Positions 1 through 41,617 of a stretch of 64,000 nucleotides of DNA are shown piece after piece. This stretch comes from Tubiluchus corallicola. Its lineage: Eukaryota; Animalia; Priapulida. Numbering within the stretch: position 1 is the first letter of the stretch; each line of letters starts with the position of its first letter. The position numbers and the translations under genes were made by a program. The stretch is from NCBI GenBank assembly GCA_030141605.1, contig JAQGDQ010000922.1:16022-80021 (forward strand). The letters are read 5' to 3'. The notes beneath the pieces are model-generated. The model searched no databases. It was not told the DNA's origin and saw nothing but the letters and a program-made list of their open reading frames with translations.

Positions 1-1514
1 CTACTGGTCTGCTTATTCATTACCTATTTGGCTTTTTGTAAATACATAATTAGTGCATAATTTACTGTGTCAATTTCTTTTCTACTGGTCTGCTTATTCA
101 TTACCTATTTGGCTTTTTGTAAATACATAATTAGTGCATAATTTACTGTATTAATTTCTTTTCTACTGGTCTGCTTATTCATTACCTATTTGGCTTTTTG
201 TAAATACATAATTAGTGCATAATTTACTGTATCAATTTCTTTTCTTCAGGTCTGCTTATTCATTACCTATTTGGCTTTTTGTAAATACATAATTAGTGCA
301 TAATTTACTGTGTCAATTTCTTTTCTACTGGTCTGCTTATTCATTACCTATTTGGCTTTTTGTAAATACATAATTAGTGCATAATTTACTGTATCAATTT
401 CTTTTCTACTGGTCTGCTTATTCATTACCTATTTGGCTTTTTGTAAATACACAATTAGTGCATAATTTACTGTATCAATTTCTTTTCTTCAGGTCTGCTT
501 ATTCATTACCTATTTGGCTTTTTGTAAATACACAATTAGTGCATAATTTACTGTGTCAATTTCTTTTCTTCAGGTCTGCTTATCCATTACCTATTTGGTT
601 TTTGTAAATACATAATTAGTGCATAATTTACTGTATCAATTTCTTTTCTACAGGTCTGCTTATTCATTACCTATTTGGCTTTTTGTAAATACATAATTAG
701 TGCATAATTTACTGTATCAATTTCTTTTCTACAGGTCTGCTTATTCATTACCTATTTGGCTTTTTGCAAATACACAATTAGTACATAATTTTCTGTATAA
801 ATTTCTTTTCTACTGGTCTGCTTATTCATTACCAGTTTGGCTTTTTGTAAATACATAATTAGTGCATAATTTACTGTATCAATTTCTTTTCTACTGGTCT
901 GCTTATTCATTACCTATTTGGCTTTTTGTAAATACATAATTAGTGCATAATTTACTGTATAAATTTCTTTTCTACTGGTCTGCTTATTCATTACCTATTT
1001 GGCTTTTTGTAAATACATAATTAGTACATAATTTTCTGTATAAATTTCTTTTCTACTGGTCTGCTTATTCATTACCTATTTGGCTTTTTGTAAATACATA
1101 ATTAGTACATAATTTTCTGTATAAATTTCTTTTCTACTGGTCTGCTTATTCATTACCAGTTTGGCTTTTTGTAAATACATAATTAGTGCATAATTTTCTG
1201 TATAAATTTCTTTTCTACTGGTCTGCTTATTCATTACCTATTTGGCTTTTTGTAAATACATAATTAGTACATAATTTTCTGTATAAATTTTTTTTCTACT
1301 GGTCTGCTTATTCATTACCTATTTGGCTTTTTGTAAATACATAATTAGTACATAATTTTCTGTATAAATTTCTTTTCTACTGGTCTGCTTATTCATTACT
1401 TATTTGGCTTTTTATAAATACACAATTAGTGCGTAATTTACTGTGTCAATTTCTTTACTGGTCTGCTTATTCATTACCTATTTGGCTTCTGTTAACTACT
1501 TAATTAGTGCATAA
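1..1514. repeat. 81-bp tandem minisatellite (~18 copies, runs off window start)
   Basis: Unit ctactggtctgcttattcattacctatttggctttttgtaaatacataattagtgcataatttactgt(a/g)tcaatttctttt recurs at 1, 82, 163 and onward. Confidence 0.97.
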
Positions 1515-1696
1515 TAGGCTCTGCCTACATAAACTGGTTGTATGTTTGTAAATTTACCACTGATGATGACAGCAGCAGTCTGTTGAAACGTTTGGCTTAA
1601 TTTTAACTATGTAAAGTAAAACTTTTTCATAAAGTTTTGGTGTTTTTAACTATAAACTGCCACCTTTTGTCCTGTTCTACATACCAGCGATTGATG

Positions 1697-2006
1697 ATGA
1701 TGATCATGAAAAGGTCAAAGGTTAAGTGCACCAGGCAACACGTTTGTGTTCACTTGACAACGCATTGCAGTCCAAGCTGTTGTAATGGTAACAGTTTTAA
1801 CAGCTAGCTAGAACATTACCTAGTTCATTTTTTCTTGTTCCCAAGCAAGATCCTTGCTAGTAAATCACTCGATAGAACACTAGCGCATAATTAAGTCCAC
1901 GTAAAAAAACTGAAGTTACTGAACTGTTGTGGCAGAAGGGTTTGCTTTACCCACACGTCACGTGGTAGTTAAAACGCGTTGCTGCGGTACACTTAACGTT
2001 TGACCT
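1697..2006 (+). mobile_element. Dispersed MITE-like repeat with inverted ends
   Basis: aggtcaaaggttaagtgcacc ... ggtacacttaacgtttgacct; related copies at ~26785-27105 (reverse) and ~39393-39660. Confidence 0.65.
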
Positions 2007-2047
2007 GCAGCAACTGCGCGTGCGCACAACGAAATCGTGAAAAGACA

Positions 2048-30277
<28,230 letters not shown>

Positions 30278-30545
30278 GTGTGCACGCTAAAGCCGTTTCC
30301 CACCAAGCACGAAACGCAGCAGAACAACGCAGCAGACACAGTGTGAACCTGTCTCTACCTGTCCTTCTCAGCTACTGAGCGCATTTATATCTATAGCCTG
30401 AAGCCATAGATATCTAAATGCTCTGCAGATTTCGGCACCAGTGTTCAAGCGTGACAGCTAATTAAGTTGTCGACGTTATTAGAGAGCAGGGAATTAGCGT
30501 GAACCATATAACAGTGTATATTATAATGGACTATTTGTTTTCTTT

Positions 30546-32650
30546 ACATCGACTTCATGTAGTAGTAATAAGTATCACATCTTCTCAGGGGCGTATCCAC
30601 ACTTTACGACACCCCGGGTTTATAATGTTGATATCGACTTCGTGTTGTAGTAATGAGTATCATCATCTTCTCAGGGGCGTATCCACACTTTACGACGCCC
30701 CAGGTTTATAATGTTTATATCGACTTCGTGTTGTAGTAATAAGTATCATCATCTTCTCAGGGGCGTATCCACACTTTACGACACCCTAGGTTTATAATGT
30801 TTATATCGACTTCGTGTTGTAGTAATGAGTATCATCATCTTCTCAGGGGCGTATCCACACTTTACGACACCCTAGGTTTATAATGTTTATATCGACTTCG
30901 TGTTGTAGTAATGAGTATCATCATCTTCTCAGGGGCGTATCCACACTTTACGACACCCTAGGTTTATAATGTTTATATCGACTTCGTGTTGTAGTAATAA
31001 GTATCATCATCTTCTCAGGGGCGTATCCACACTTTACGACACCCTAGGTTTATAATGTTTATATCGACTTCGTGTTGTAGTAATAAGTATCGTCATCTTC
31101 TCAGGGGCGTATCCACACTTTACGACACCCTAGGTTTATAATGTTTATATCGACTTCGTGTTGTAGTAATGAGTATCATCATCTTCTCAGGGGCGTATCC
31201 ACACTTTACGAAGCCCTGGGTTTATAATGTTTATATCGACTTCGTGTTGTAGTAATGAGTATCATCATCTTCTCAGGGGCGTATCCACACTTTACGACGC
31301 CCTGGGTTTATAATGTTTATATCGACTTCGTGTTGTAGTAATAAGTATCGTCATCTTCTCAGGGGCGTATCCACACTTTACGACACCCTAGGTTTATAAT
31401 GTTTATATCGACTTCGTGTTGTAGTAATGAGTATCATCATCTTCTCAGGGGCGTATCCACACTTTACGACACCCTAGGTTTATAATGTTTATATCGACTT
31501 CGTGTTGTAGTAATAAGTATCATCATCTTCTCAGGGGCGTATCCACACTGTACGAAGCCCCAGGTTTATAATGTTTATATCGACTTCGTTGTGTAATGAG
31601 TATCATCATCTTCTCAGGGGCATCCACACTTTACGACACCCTAGGTTTATAATGTTTATATCGACTTCGTGTTGTAGTAATGAGTATCATCATCTTCTCA
31701 GGCGTATCCACACTTTACGACACCCTAGGTTTATAATGTTTATATCGACTTCGTGTTGTAGTAATGAGTATCATCATCTTCTCAGGGGCGTATCCACACT
31801 TTACGACACCCTAGGTTTATAATGTTTATATCGACTTCGTGTTGTAGTAATGAGTATCATCATCTTCTCAGGGGCGTATCCACACTTTACGACACCCTAG
31901 GTTTATAATGTTTATATCGACTTCGTGTTGTAGTAATAAGTATCATCATCTTCTCAGGGGCGTATCCACACTTTACGACGCCCTGGGTTTATAATGTTTA
32001 TATCGACTTCGTGTTGTAGTAATGAGTATCATCATCTTCTCAGGGGCGTATCCACACTTTACGACACCCTAGGTTTATAATGTTTATATCGACTTCGTGA
32101 TGTAGTAATAAGTATCGTCATCTTCTCAGGGGCGTATCCACACTTTACCACACCCTAGGTTTATAATGTTGATATCGACTTCGTGTTGTAGTAATGAGTA
32201 TCATCATCTTCTCAGGGGCGTATCCACACTTTACGAAGCCCTGGGTTTATAATGTTTATATCGACTTCGTGTTGTAGTAATGAGTATCATCATCTTCTCA
32301 GGGGCGTATCCACACTTTACGACACCCTAGGTTTATAATGTTGATATCGACTTCGTGTTGTAGTAATAAGTATCATCATCTTCTCAGGGGCGTATCCACA
32401 CTTTCCGACGCCCTAGGTTTATAATGTTGATATCGACTTCATGTTGTAGTAATATGTATCATCATCTTCTCGGGGGCGTATCCACACTTTACGAAGCCCT
32501 AGGTTTATAATGTTATATCGACTCAAAAAACACACCCACACCACACCACCCCTGGTTTATAATGTTGATATCGACTTCATGTTGTAGTAATATGTATCAT
32601 CATCTTCTCGGGGGCGTATCCACACTTTACGAAGCCCTAGGTTTATAATT
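30546..32650. repeat. 86-bp minisatellite (~24 copies) containing a MITE left end
   Basis: Period 86 (30721, 30807, 30893). Confidence 0.96.
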
Positions 32651-32986
32651 CTGCACCACCCATCTCTATTGTGAATCTATTTTTTGTTTGTGTAATGAGG
32701 AGATTAAACAATTAAATTACTTGTGGTGTATTAGACGCACTATTAACCTAGATTGTACGTGGTCGTGATTAATTACATGTATTTGCGTAGCGTTTATATT
32801 CAAGCGGGTTGTGCAACTGCTTGTTGCGTAATACCTTGCACCTGTTCGTTATGTGGCACTTATATAAAAGCAGAACTCAGTGGTGTACTGTGTTATAAAA
32901 TGCGCCCTTTACATGATCCGAGGAGAGTAAGAATTTTTCTAAAATGTGACGCTCTGAACTATAGCCTATTGGTTAATATGCCCCTG
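32609..32986 (+). mobile_element. hAT-like MITE (TIR caggggcgtat...atatgcccctg)
   Basis: Flanks catcttct / aatcttct resemble an 8-bp TSD; second copy at ~40031-40866. Confidence 0.7.
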
Positions 32987-33401
32987 AATCTTCTGAGCAC
33001 TAATTCATTAGACTCATAAATAGAGATGACTTGCCATTAACGCTGAATTAAAGTCCTTTACGCCTAGATGTCGTGTCATCTAGTTCAATGAATGTTAATA
33101 TGTAAATGTTTCCATTTAGTAGGTCACAGAGATCTCCTTGACGTTGGGTGCCCGCGTGATTGGATTCTCCGTGATCCTAGATAAAGCGATTACTGCTTGG
33201 GGAATTCGATCAGCTTCCTCATCCGATTCAGTTTCAATGAGGGGCATTGGAAGCCACCTGCGTCACGGCGTGCTTTGATGCAAAGGGTTAGCGAAGCCAC
33301 TGAGTCCCTGCTGGGTGCGATCACAGGGGGTAACGGATGACGCAGGGCAGAAATTGGTGCCTCATTAAATGAGCTTGTTGATTTTAATTGGCAGTGGTGA
33401 C

Positions 33402-33914
33402 CAGGGGGGGGGGCGGCTCGTAGCTAAAATTAGCCGGGGAGCTGCTTCGGAAAATTTTTAGCTATTGCTTTAATACTGTGTAAAACGAAATAAACATATG
33501 TAATTTTAATGTTGTAATTGTAATTTTTAACAAACAAACCTATGAAAGTTTATACATAAAGTTGATAAAATTGTACACAAAAATACTGTTTGCTTACTAA
33601 TAGTCTAAATTGTCACAGTTCAAGCTTGATCGATTCACGGTAAGCACGAGACAACTGACAACAAACTGTGTGAGTGACAGTACTTTTTCTACCTGGGCTC
33701 AGACATGTGTATAGCCGCATGCGCACAACCGCCAAACACACCACGTTGCTGGAGCTGTGAAACATACAGTACTACCCTCACGAGCTCTGGTTCCGCACAA
33801 GTATAAAGAAAGAACTAAAGAAAAAAAGACTTATTATAGTGAATATTATGGATAATATTGAGTGAAAATAGGGGGTGCTGCAGTTCCACAGTACCTATAC
33901 ACGAGCCGCCACTG
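33402..33914 (+). mobile_element. hAT-like MITE with 8-bp TSD gtggtgac
   Basis: cag..ggcggctcgt ... acgagccgccactg; gtggtgac at 33394-33401 and 33915-33922. Confidence 0.8.
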
Positions 33915-35483
33915 GTGGTGACATCTGTGATCTCCCTAGCTAAATAACAAAATCTTTAACTTGTGTAATAGGCCTAAAACCTCCTTTTTGTTCTTCCGTC
34001 AATCTTAACCGTATCCGTTGTCAGCTAAGAGCATGATAGGATTGTTTCAATTCTTCTGGGCTTAATCGAGTTCACATTTTCACTTTCCAGCGGCTGCTCT
34101 TACTTTGAGTAATAGGGTTTGTAATTACATTTAGTAAAAAAGTTGTTCACTGCGGTTGTGTTGAAATATGTGCTAATTTGGTTGGCTATAAATAGCTAAA
34201 TAGTGGTGTTTCTTAAAGCAAAACTGGACCCAATCTTAAACTGTAGGTCATAACTATCTACTCTTAAGTATTAAAAGAAAACATACTATTTTTTCAAAAA
34301 TGACTTACGTGAAAGAATTATTACCTCACAAACACAATTTCACGTTCGCGCCACTAATTTTTTGCTGTTACATGCATTTCAACATTCGTTAGTTAGACGG
34401 GCACAAGCGTCTGCATTTTGGAAACGCATTGCACAAAAAACAGGTACTGTACCTCTCAGTCCAAATGTGTTAGTTTGCGACGTTCGACAGCCAATGCGTG
34501 AGCACAGCTGTAAATTTAAATTTTTATCTTAAAACTTGCCTAGTTTTAGTAAAACACATTGAATTTCTTACAGTAGCACTGTACTTCATTTTGTCGTTTC
34601 ACAAAATTTTACCGCCAATTTTAAGGTATACATTTTAACACCAATTATTACTGCAAAAGCGTTTCTGATGATTAAATAATAGATTAAAACATTTAATTAA
34701 GGGCAGGCGAGCTCAGCTATTGATGACATCACAAATTAACATGAGCTGCAAACAAAACTTTTAATGCGTCGCAAAACTTCTGCACGCACACGAAGAACAA
34801 GAAAGAAGAAAGGCAGAATAAAAACAAGAAAAGACAGGACTGTGATTATTTATTTATTCATATATTTTTTAATTTTTAACGTCAAACATTTCTCGCAGTA
34901 ATACTACTGTTTATGATAAATAACCAATTACAATAACAACAACAACAACAACAATAACAATTGCAACTATTAACAATCACCAAGAGCCTCAAAATTCACT
35001 TCAAAATGTCATACATTACAACAAAGATGAAAAATTTGCATAAGATAAACCTAATTTAAACAGTAATTCTTAATTAACAACATCTATTTCAAAAAAGGGT
35101 TACAAAACCACTTGGTCAACTGCAGATGGTGACGGTAAATGACGTAAATGACGTAAATGACGTCAAAAATGTAATTCATCGCGGTAAAAAATCGATAAAA
35201 AGTACAGCACTCTTGTGAGGAAGAATTTTTAGCTATGAAAAAAGTTTCAAAGTTCGTGCACAAATCAAAACTAAAAATCTTTGTTTGTAGAACAAATGTG
35301 TTCTAAAAGTACAGTAAGTCTTCACTTAACGACAGCCCGCTTAGCAACGTTTTGTCTTAATAATGACAATTATTTAATTTACAGTTAAGTCCTACTTCAG
35401 GTACCCCTTTCCTTGTACTTTAAGCACAATTATTAGTCTATGTTACAAAACGTATGATGCAATACATACACAACAAAAAAAAT

Positions 35484-35556
35484 TGTGCACCTCCGCTGGG
35501 ATTCGAAACCGGGACTTGCAGTTTCCGAACACGAGTGTCATTACTGACACCGCGTG
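35484..35556 (-). other. Degenerate tRNA-like sequence / SINE head
   Basis: Minus strand has B-box-like ggtttcgaatccc followed by a T-run; the A box and cloverleaf are poor. Confidence 0.35.
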
Positions 35557-35850
35557 GTAGGGGTTACGTTACTTCATCGGAATGAATTATACGAGGTTAT
35601 TCAGACACCGAAGAATAAAAATTCATCACCATTTAGCAGGTACTGCAAGTGTTAATAATAAATATGGTACAACAATATCGTATGCAAAAAAATACATGCA
35701 TACTTAAAACATGCACCGCACATAATGGAAATAGCGAACTGTTCAACAGAATTATCGATTATATGTACACAAAAACAAGTTTTTGAAATCGATTCCACTA
35801 GATTCCACTTCTGTGCACTCAAGATGGCCGCCGAAGATGGCCGCCAAAGT

Positions 35851-38800
35851 TCATGACTTGGGAGTTAAATGTAAAACGATGCTGTTCGTAACGTGCATGC
35901 ATCGTGACCTGGCAATGAAAAACGCTATGATTGCCAGCGAGGCGGCCATCACCACCACCACAAGTCCGCGATTAGTGAACACCTTTAGCTTCTCGTTAAC
36001 GTGCTGTCGTGTTTTCGTCGAAGAGCCCAGGAAACTCGTCTGTATCTGGATAAGTGGCCTGGATTTGTCGCTGAAACTGCGCCACGTCTCTGGCTTCTCC
36101 GTAGACGGGTCAGAAAGGTACTTCTTTTCGCAGTAGCCCGGAAATACGGGCTTCGCTCGAATTCCTCGCCTGAAAAAAATGAGAAAGTTAATGTAGGAGC
36201 AAGGTAGTGCGTAATTTTTGGTCAGATGCCGAAGAAATACATCAAAAATGGCGCAACGCATTATCATAACTGCAACGTGACTACGTGTTGCAAAAGTTGC
36301 AGAGCAAAAGTTACTTGTGGCAGGACCGATACCTTACTCATTTTCAGTGGTGATCCCTTAAAAACCCCAGTTCCCAACCTTTTGGACCCAATTTTTTTAC
36401 ACTATTTCCTGGTACCCCTTTGCCCATCATGGCCAAATGAAGAACCAACGTTGATGTAATGTTATGAATATTTTTATTATATATATTATACGTATTGCTC
36501 TAATTAAGCTCAGTAAATGAGAGTTCAATGAGATGGCTTCTGTTGCATAGCAGAAACTGACTTTTTGAATCGCTGTTCAGTTTACGACTGACATGTCTGC
36601 GGGGAAATGTTACCAAATTTACAAATTTCTGTTCTAGTTACGTTTGTAATCAGCTACCTGTGTGAAGCCATTTCTGTTGTAGTTACGTTTGTAATCAACT
36701 ACCTGTGTGAAGCCATTTCTGTTCTAGTTACGTTTGTAATCAGCTACCTGTGTGAAGCCATTTCTGTTCTAGTTATGCTTGTAATCAACTACCTGTGTGA
36801 AGCCATTTCTGTTCTAGTTACGCTTGTAATCAGCTACCTGTGTGAAGCCATTTCTGTTCTAGTTACGTTTGTAATCAGCTACCTGTGTGAAGCCATTTCT
36901 GTTCTAGTTACGTTTGTAATCAGCTACCTGTGTGAAGCCATTTCTGTTCTAGTTACGTTTGTAATCAACTACCTGTGTGAAGCCATTTCTGTTCTAGTTA
37001 CGTTTGTAATCAGCTACCTGTGTGAAGCCATTTCTGTTCTAGTTACGTTTGTAATCAGCTACCTGTGTGAAGCCATTTCTATTCTAGTTACGTTTGTAAT
37101 CAACTACCTGTGTGAAGCCATTTCTGTTCTTGTTACGCTTGTAATCAGCTACCTGTGTGAAGCCATTTCTGTTCTAGTTACGCTTGTAATCAGCTACCTG
37201 TGTGAAGCCATTTCTGTTCTAGTTACGTTTGTAATCAGCTACCTGTGTGAAGCCATTTCTGTTCTAGTTACGTTTGTAATCAGCTACCTGTGTGAAGCCA
37301 TTTCTATTCTAGGTACGTTTGTAATCAACTACCTGTGTGAAGCCATTTCTGTTCTAGTTACGTTTGTAATCAGCTGCCTGTGTGAAGCCATTTCTGTTCT
37401 AGTTACGTTTGTAATCAGCTACGTGTGTGAAGCCATTTCTGTTCTAGTTACTTTTGTAATCAGCTACCTGTGTGAAGCCATTTCTGTTCTAGTTACTTTT
37501 GTAATCAGCTACCTGTGTGAAGCCATTTCTGTTCTTGTTACGTTTGTAATCAGCTACCTGTGTGAAGCCATTTCTGTTCTAGTTACGTTTGTAATCAGCT
37601 ACCTGTGTGAAGCCATTTCTGTTCTAGTTACTTTTGTCATCAGCTACCTGTGTGAAGCCATTTCTGTTCTAGTTACGTTTGTAATCAGCTACCCATGTGA
37701 AGCCATTTCTGTTCTAGTTACTTTTGTCATCAGCTACCTGTGTGAAGCCATTTCTGTTCTAGTTACGTTTGTAATCAGCTACCCGTGTGAAGCCATTTCT
37801 GTTCTGGTTACGTTTGTAATCAACTACCCGTGTGAAGCCATTTCTGTTCTAGTTACATTTGTAATCAGCTACCTGTGTGAAGCCATTTCTGTTCTAGTTA
37901 CATTTGTAATCAGCTACCCGTGTGAAGCCATTTCTGTTCTAGTTACGTTTGTAATCAACTACCTGTGTGAAGCCATTTCTGTTCTAGTTACGCTTGTAAT
38001 CAGCTACCTGTGTGAAGCCATTTCTGTTCTAGTTATGCTTGTAATCAGCTACCTGTGTGAAGCCATTTCTGTTCTAGTTACGCTTGTAATCAGCTACCTG
38101 TGTGAAGCAGGTTTTTCAACGATGGTGACAATGAACACAAAAGCCCGAAACCGCCTTGACATCCCCGGAGACATGAGAGTTAGTCTGTCGAAAACTGAAC
38201 AGCGATTCAAAAAGTCAGTTTCTGCTATGCAACAGCAGCCATCTCGTTAATCTGTAAGACGGGGGGGGCACTGGTTTGCATTCGTTCATTTTTCAAGAGG
38301 CGGCATTTTTTTCCTCACGTCTCTGCGTAACACGGGCCAAAACCTGCTAAAGTTACGAACGGTGAAAACCACCCAACTCCGGGCAAAAGGGAGCCGAAAA
38401 TCTTTCTCTTTTTTTACCATATTACCTGATGAGGAGGCAGCGCATGTGATCGATCCTGTATAGAGCATCCGGAACGTTGTTCAATTGAGAATTGCTCCAC
38501 AAACGCTCGGCTACTGCGGACGCACGGGGCCTGCAAATGTACAAGAAAGTTAAGAGAGGAGCATACAATGTCATCGGTCGCAAATAAACCATTAAATTCG
38601 TAGATTTAAGGAAAACGTGGGTGTTTCATGCAGTAGGAATTAAAGCAACACTGGACCCAATCTTAAACTGTAGGTCAAAACAATCGATTCTTTAAAATAT
38701 CGAAAGGAAACTTACTATTTTTTCAAGAATGACTTACGTGAAAGAATTATTACCACACAAACGCAATTAGCGCCGATAGTTCTTCGCTGTTACATGCATT

Positions 38801-41070
38801 TCGCCGTTCTCTAGTTAGACGGCCACTAGCGCCTGCATTTCGGAAACGTGCTGCTCAAAAAACAGGCGCTGTACCTCTCAGTTCACATGCATTAGTTTGT
38901 GACGAACTACACATCTTAGACAGCTCATGTGTGAGCACAGCAATAAATATGAAATTTGAATTTTTATTTTAAAACTTGCCTAGTTTTAGTACAACACACT
39001 GAATATCTTACAATAGCATTGTACTTCAATTTTCGCTTTTGCAAACAGCTACAACACGCTCGTGGAATATTTTTGCTGTTGAAAATTATGTTCGTTTGTG
39101 ATGTCATCAATAGTTGCACTCGCCGCCATTAATGAAGTTTCTAGTCCATTATTTAATTACCAGAAACGCTTTCGCAGTATTAATAATGTTAAAATGTACA
39201 CTTTTTATCAAACTTTGAATAGTTTAAATGCGAGTTAGTACACACCAAAGACTAGGTTCGAGATTAGCTTCATCGATGTATTCCGACCACAAGCATGCCT
39301 CTCCACCAATCAGTAATTTCTGGTGATCTTCTTCTACTGAAAAGAACAAGAGAAACAACAAGTTAAAAACGCACCAAGCCTTTTCGCAATGTTCGTGAAA
39401 AGGTCAAAGGTTCACGAACAACACATTTGTGCGCAGTTGACAACGCCTCCAGCAAATGATGGTGATCATGAAAAGGTCAAAGGTTAAGTATACCCCACAA
39501 TACATTTGTGTACACTTGACAACGCCTTGCAGCCCAAGCTGTTGTAATAGTAACAGTTTTAACAGCTAGCTAGAACCTTACCTAGTTCATTTTTGCTTGT
39601 TACCAAACAAAATCCTGCTAGTAAATCACTCCACGCACAGACTAGTGTATAATTAAGTAAATCAAAGCAGATCAAAGCAAAGCAAATTAAATCAACATAC
39701 ACTTCTAGAGGATAAATGGCTCTTCGAGGGAGCATTTATACACGCCCAAATCAAGACATGATTTCTAGTCCAATGTCTTATCTTATAGGATTAACTTTGA
39801 TAACGAAATAGGTACCGATCCCACCACAAGTCACTCTGATAATTAGTGCCAGATTCCAGTTTACTGAACTGATAAGATTAATCAACATAAAAACGACATA
39901 TTCAACTTTTCATAAAAGAACAAAAAGATTTTTGCTAATCTGCCAAAACAACTTGTATAACAAAATGACACGATAGCTACCTCTGAGAAACAGAAAAATC
40001 AGACCTCTTCAATCCGCCGGATCAAGATGTCAGGGGCGTGTCAATACTTTACAACGCCCTAGGCCAGGGGTGTGCAAATTATCTGACTAGCCGGGTCACA
40101 TTAAACATTCCCGCAATTCCTGTGGGTCACATGTAGTTTGGTCAAGGAGCCAAGTACAGTAGGACCTAATAACGATGTTTTTTTTGCATCCGATTTGAGC
40201 ACTTCATTACTACTGCACTACTACACTCAAGAAACTATTTTAGAAGTTATTGAAATTTATATTAAAAACCATATATTTCGTCATGTCCGACAGTGGCATT
40301 AAGTGACAACGGTCTTGTAAGGGTTAATGACATCCGATCTAGAGGAAAAAACTACCCGCACTATCTTCGCGATATTGGCACAGACTTCAGCTGGATTGTG
40401 TGAGCCGCACTTTCATTACGTTGACACAAGATCTCTCAGAGGGCCGAAAGTGGCCCGCGGGCCGCAGTTTGCACACCCCTGCCCTAGGCTGATAGTTCTG
40501 TCCCACCCCACCCTAGTGTGAATTTATGGTTGTTTATGTAAACATTTACTTGTGGTGTACTAGAAACCCAGTTCACCTACTTTCAACGCTGTCATTATTA
40601 ATTACATGTATTTGCATATCGCTTATATTCAATCTGGCTGCGCAACTGCTTGTTGTGTATTACAGTGCACCTGCTCGTTAAGTGGCACTTATATAAAAGC
40701 TGCAGTCAGTAACTGCCTGTGGTGTGTTATAGAATGCGTCCTTTACATGAATACGAAAGTATACACATTTTTCGAGGAAAATAAGAATTTTTGCTAAAAC
40801 GAGACACCCCTTAAACTTTTGTGCCCTAGGTTATAACCTAGTTACCCTATTGGTTAATACGTTCCTACAAGAGGTACTCACAGACAGTCAAAACGCTTAC
40901 GTACGTATATAATCTAGCGGATCCCGGATATAAAAGTCCTGCCAATCATCGTTATTCGCCACGTTGTCCAGGTACCAACCGGCAGCATTGATTACCTTGT
41001 AACCGAGCGCAGCTACGTCAGCCAGCGTAGTTATGTCCTTCCATACTTCAATTACTGCATTCTTATCCAC
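35851..41070 (-). CDS. GH20 beta-hexosaminidase (HEXA/HEXB-like), last four exons only, with C-terminal TM extension
   Basis: Exons 41070-40905 (VIEVWKD..GWYLD..DWQDFYIRDPLD), 39336-39246 (LLIGGEACLWSEYIDEANLEPSLW), 38530-38426 (PRASAVAERLWS..RIDHMRCLLI), 36169-35851 (RGIRAKPVFPGYC..TM..*); phases are consistent. Confidence 0.9.
36527..38248. mobile_element. Foldback/MITE with ~85-bp inverted arms enclosing a tandem array
   Basis: 36527-36610 is the near reverse complement of 38159-38248 (gagatggct.ctgttgcatagcagaaactgactttttgaatcgctgttcagttt). Confidence 0.8.
36625..38109. repeat. 45-bp minisatellite (~33 copies)
   Basis: Unit atttctgttctagttacgtttgtaatcagctacctgtgtgaagcc. Confidence 0.97.
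40065..40481. mobile_element. hAT (Charlie/Buster-like) MITE nested in another MITE
   Basis: TIR caggggtgtgcaaa/tttgcacacccctg; perfect 8-bp TSD ccctaggc at 40057-40064 and 40482-40489. Confidence 0.9.
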
Positions 41071-41264
41071 CTAAAGGTAAAAAGTAGGCATGTAGAAATG
41101 TTGCCGTCAATTAATTTACTTATATGCTGGAGTGTGTTCCATTACTGCGTACATTAATAGTGGCATTTTAATACTCACTGTTGCCACCATCATCATCATC
41201 ATCATCGACAACATATCATCATCGTCAATGTCACCATCATCATCACCATCACCATCACCTACAC

Positions 41265-41332
41265 AGACTCTCTCGCTCTGTCTCTTTCTCACTCTTCTTT
41301 CCCTCCCCCAATCTCTCTCCCTCTCTTACATT

Positions 41333-41386
<54 letters not shown>

Positions 41387-41617
41387 TCCCCCCCTCTCCC
41401 CCTCCCCCTTCCCCTCTCTCTCTCTCTCTCTCTCTCTCTTCCTCTCCCCTCTCTCTCCCACTCTCTCTCTCTTTCTCTCTCTCTCTCTTTTGCTCTCTCT
41501 CTCTCTCTTCCTCTCCCCTCTCTCTCCCACTCTTACATTCCCGACTCTCTTGCTCTCTCTTTCTCTTCTCCTTTCCCCCCCTCTCTCTCCCTCCCCTTCT
41601 CCCACTCCCTTCTCTCT
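41265..41617. repeat. (CT)n-rich low-complexity tract
   Basis: Direct inspection. Confidence 0.9.

Noticed and set aside
30546-32650. CRISPR-like appearance of the regular arrays (also 1-1514, 22373-25594, 41737-43057)
   Set aside because: Units are contiguous near-identical repeats with no unique spacers, no cas genes, and a eukaryotic context.
35484-35556. Functional tRNA gene
   Set aside because: Only the T-arm/B box is recognisable and no convincing cloverleaf can be drawn.
36607-38250. 547-aa ORF (ISVLVTFVISYLCEA)n
   Set aside because: Translation of a 45-bp minisatellite, antisense within a HEX intron; no independent coding evidence.
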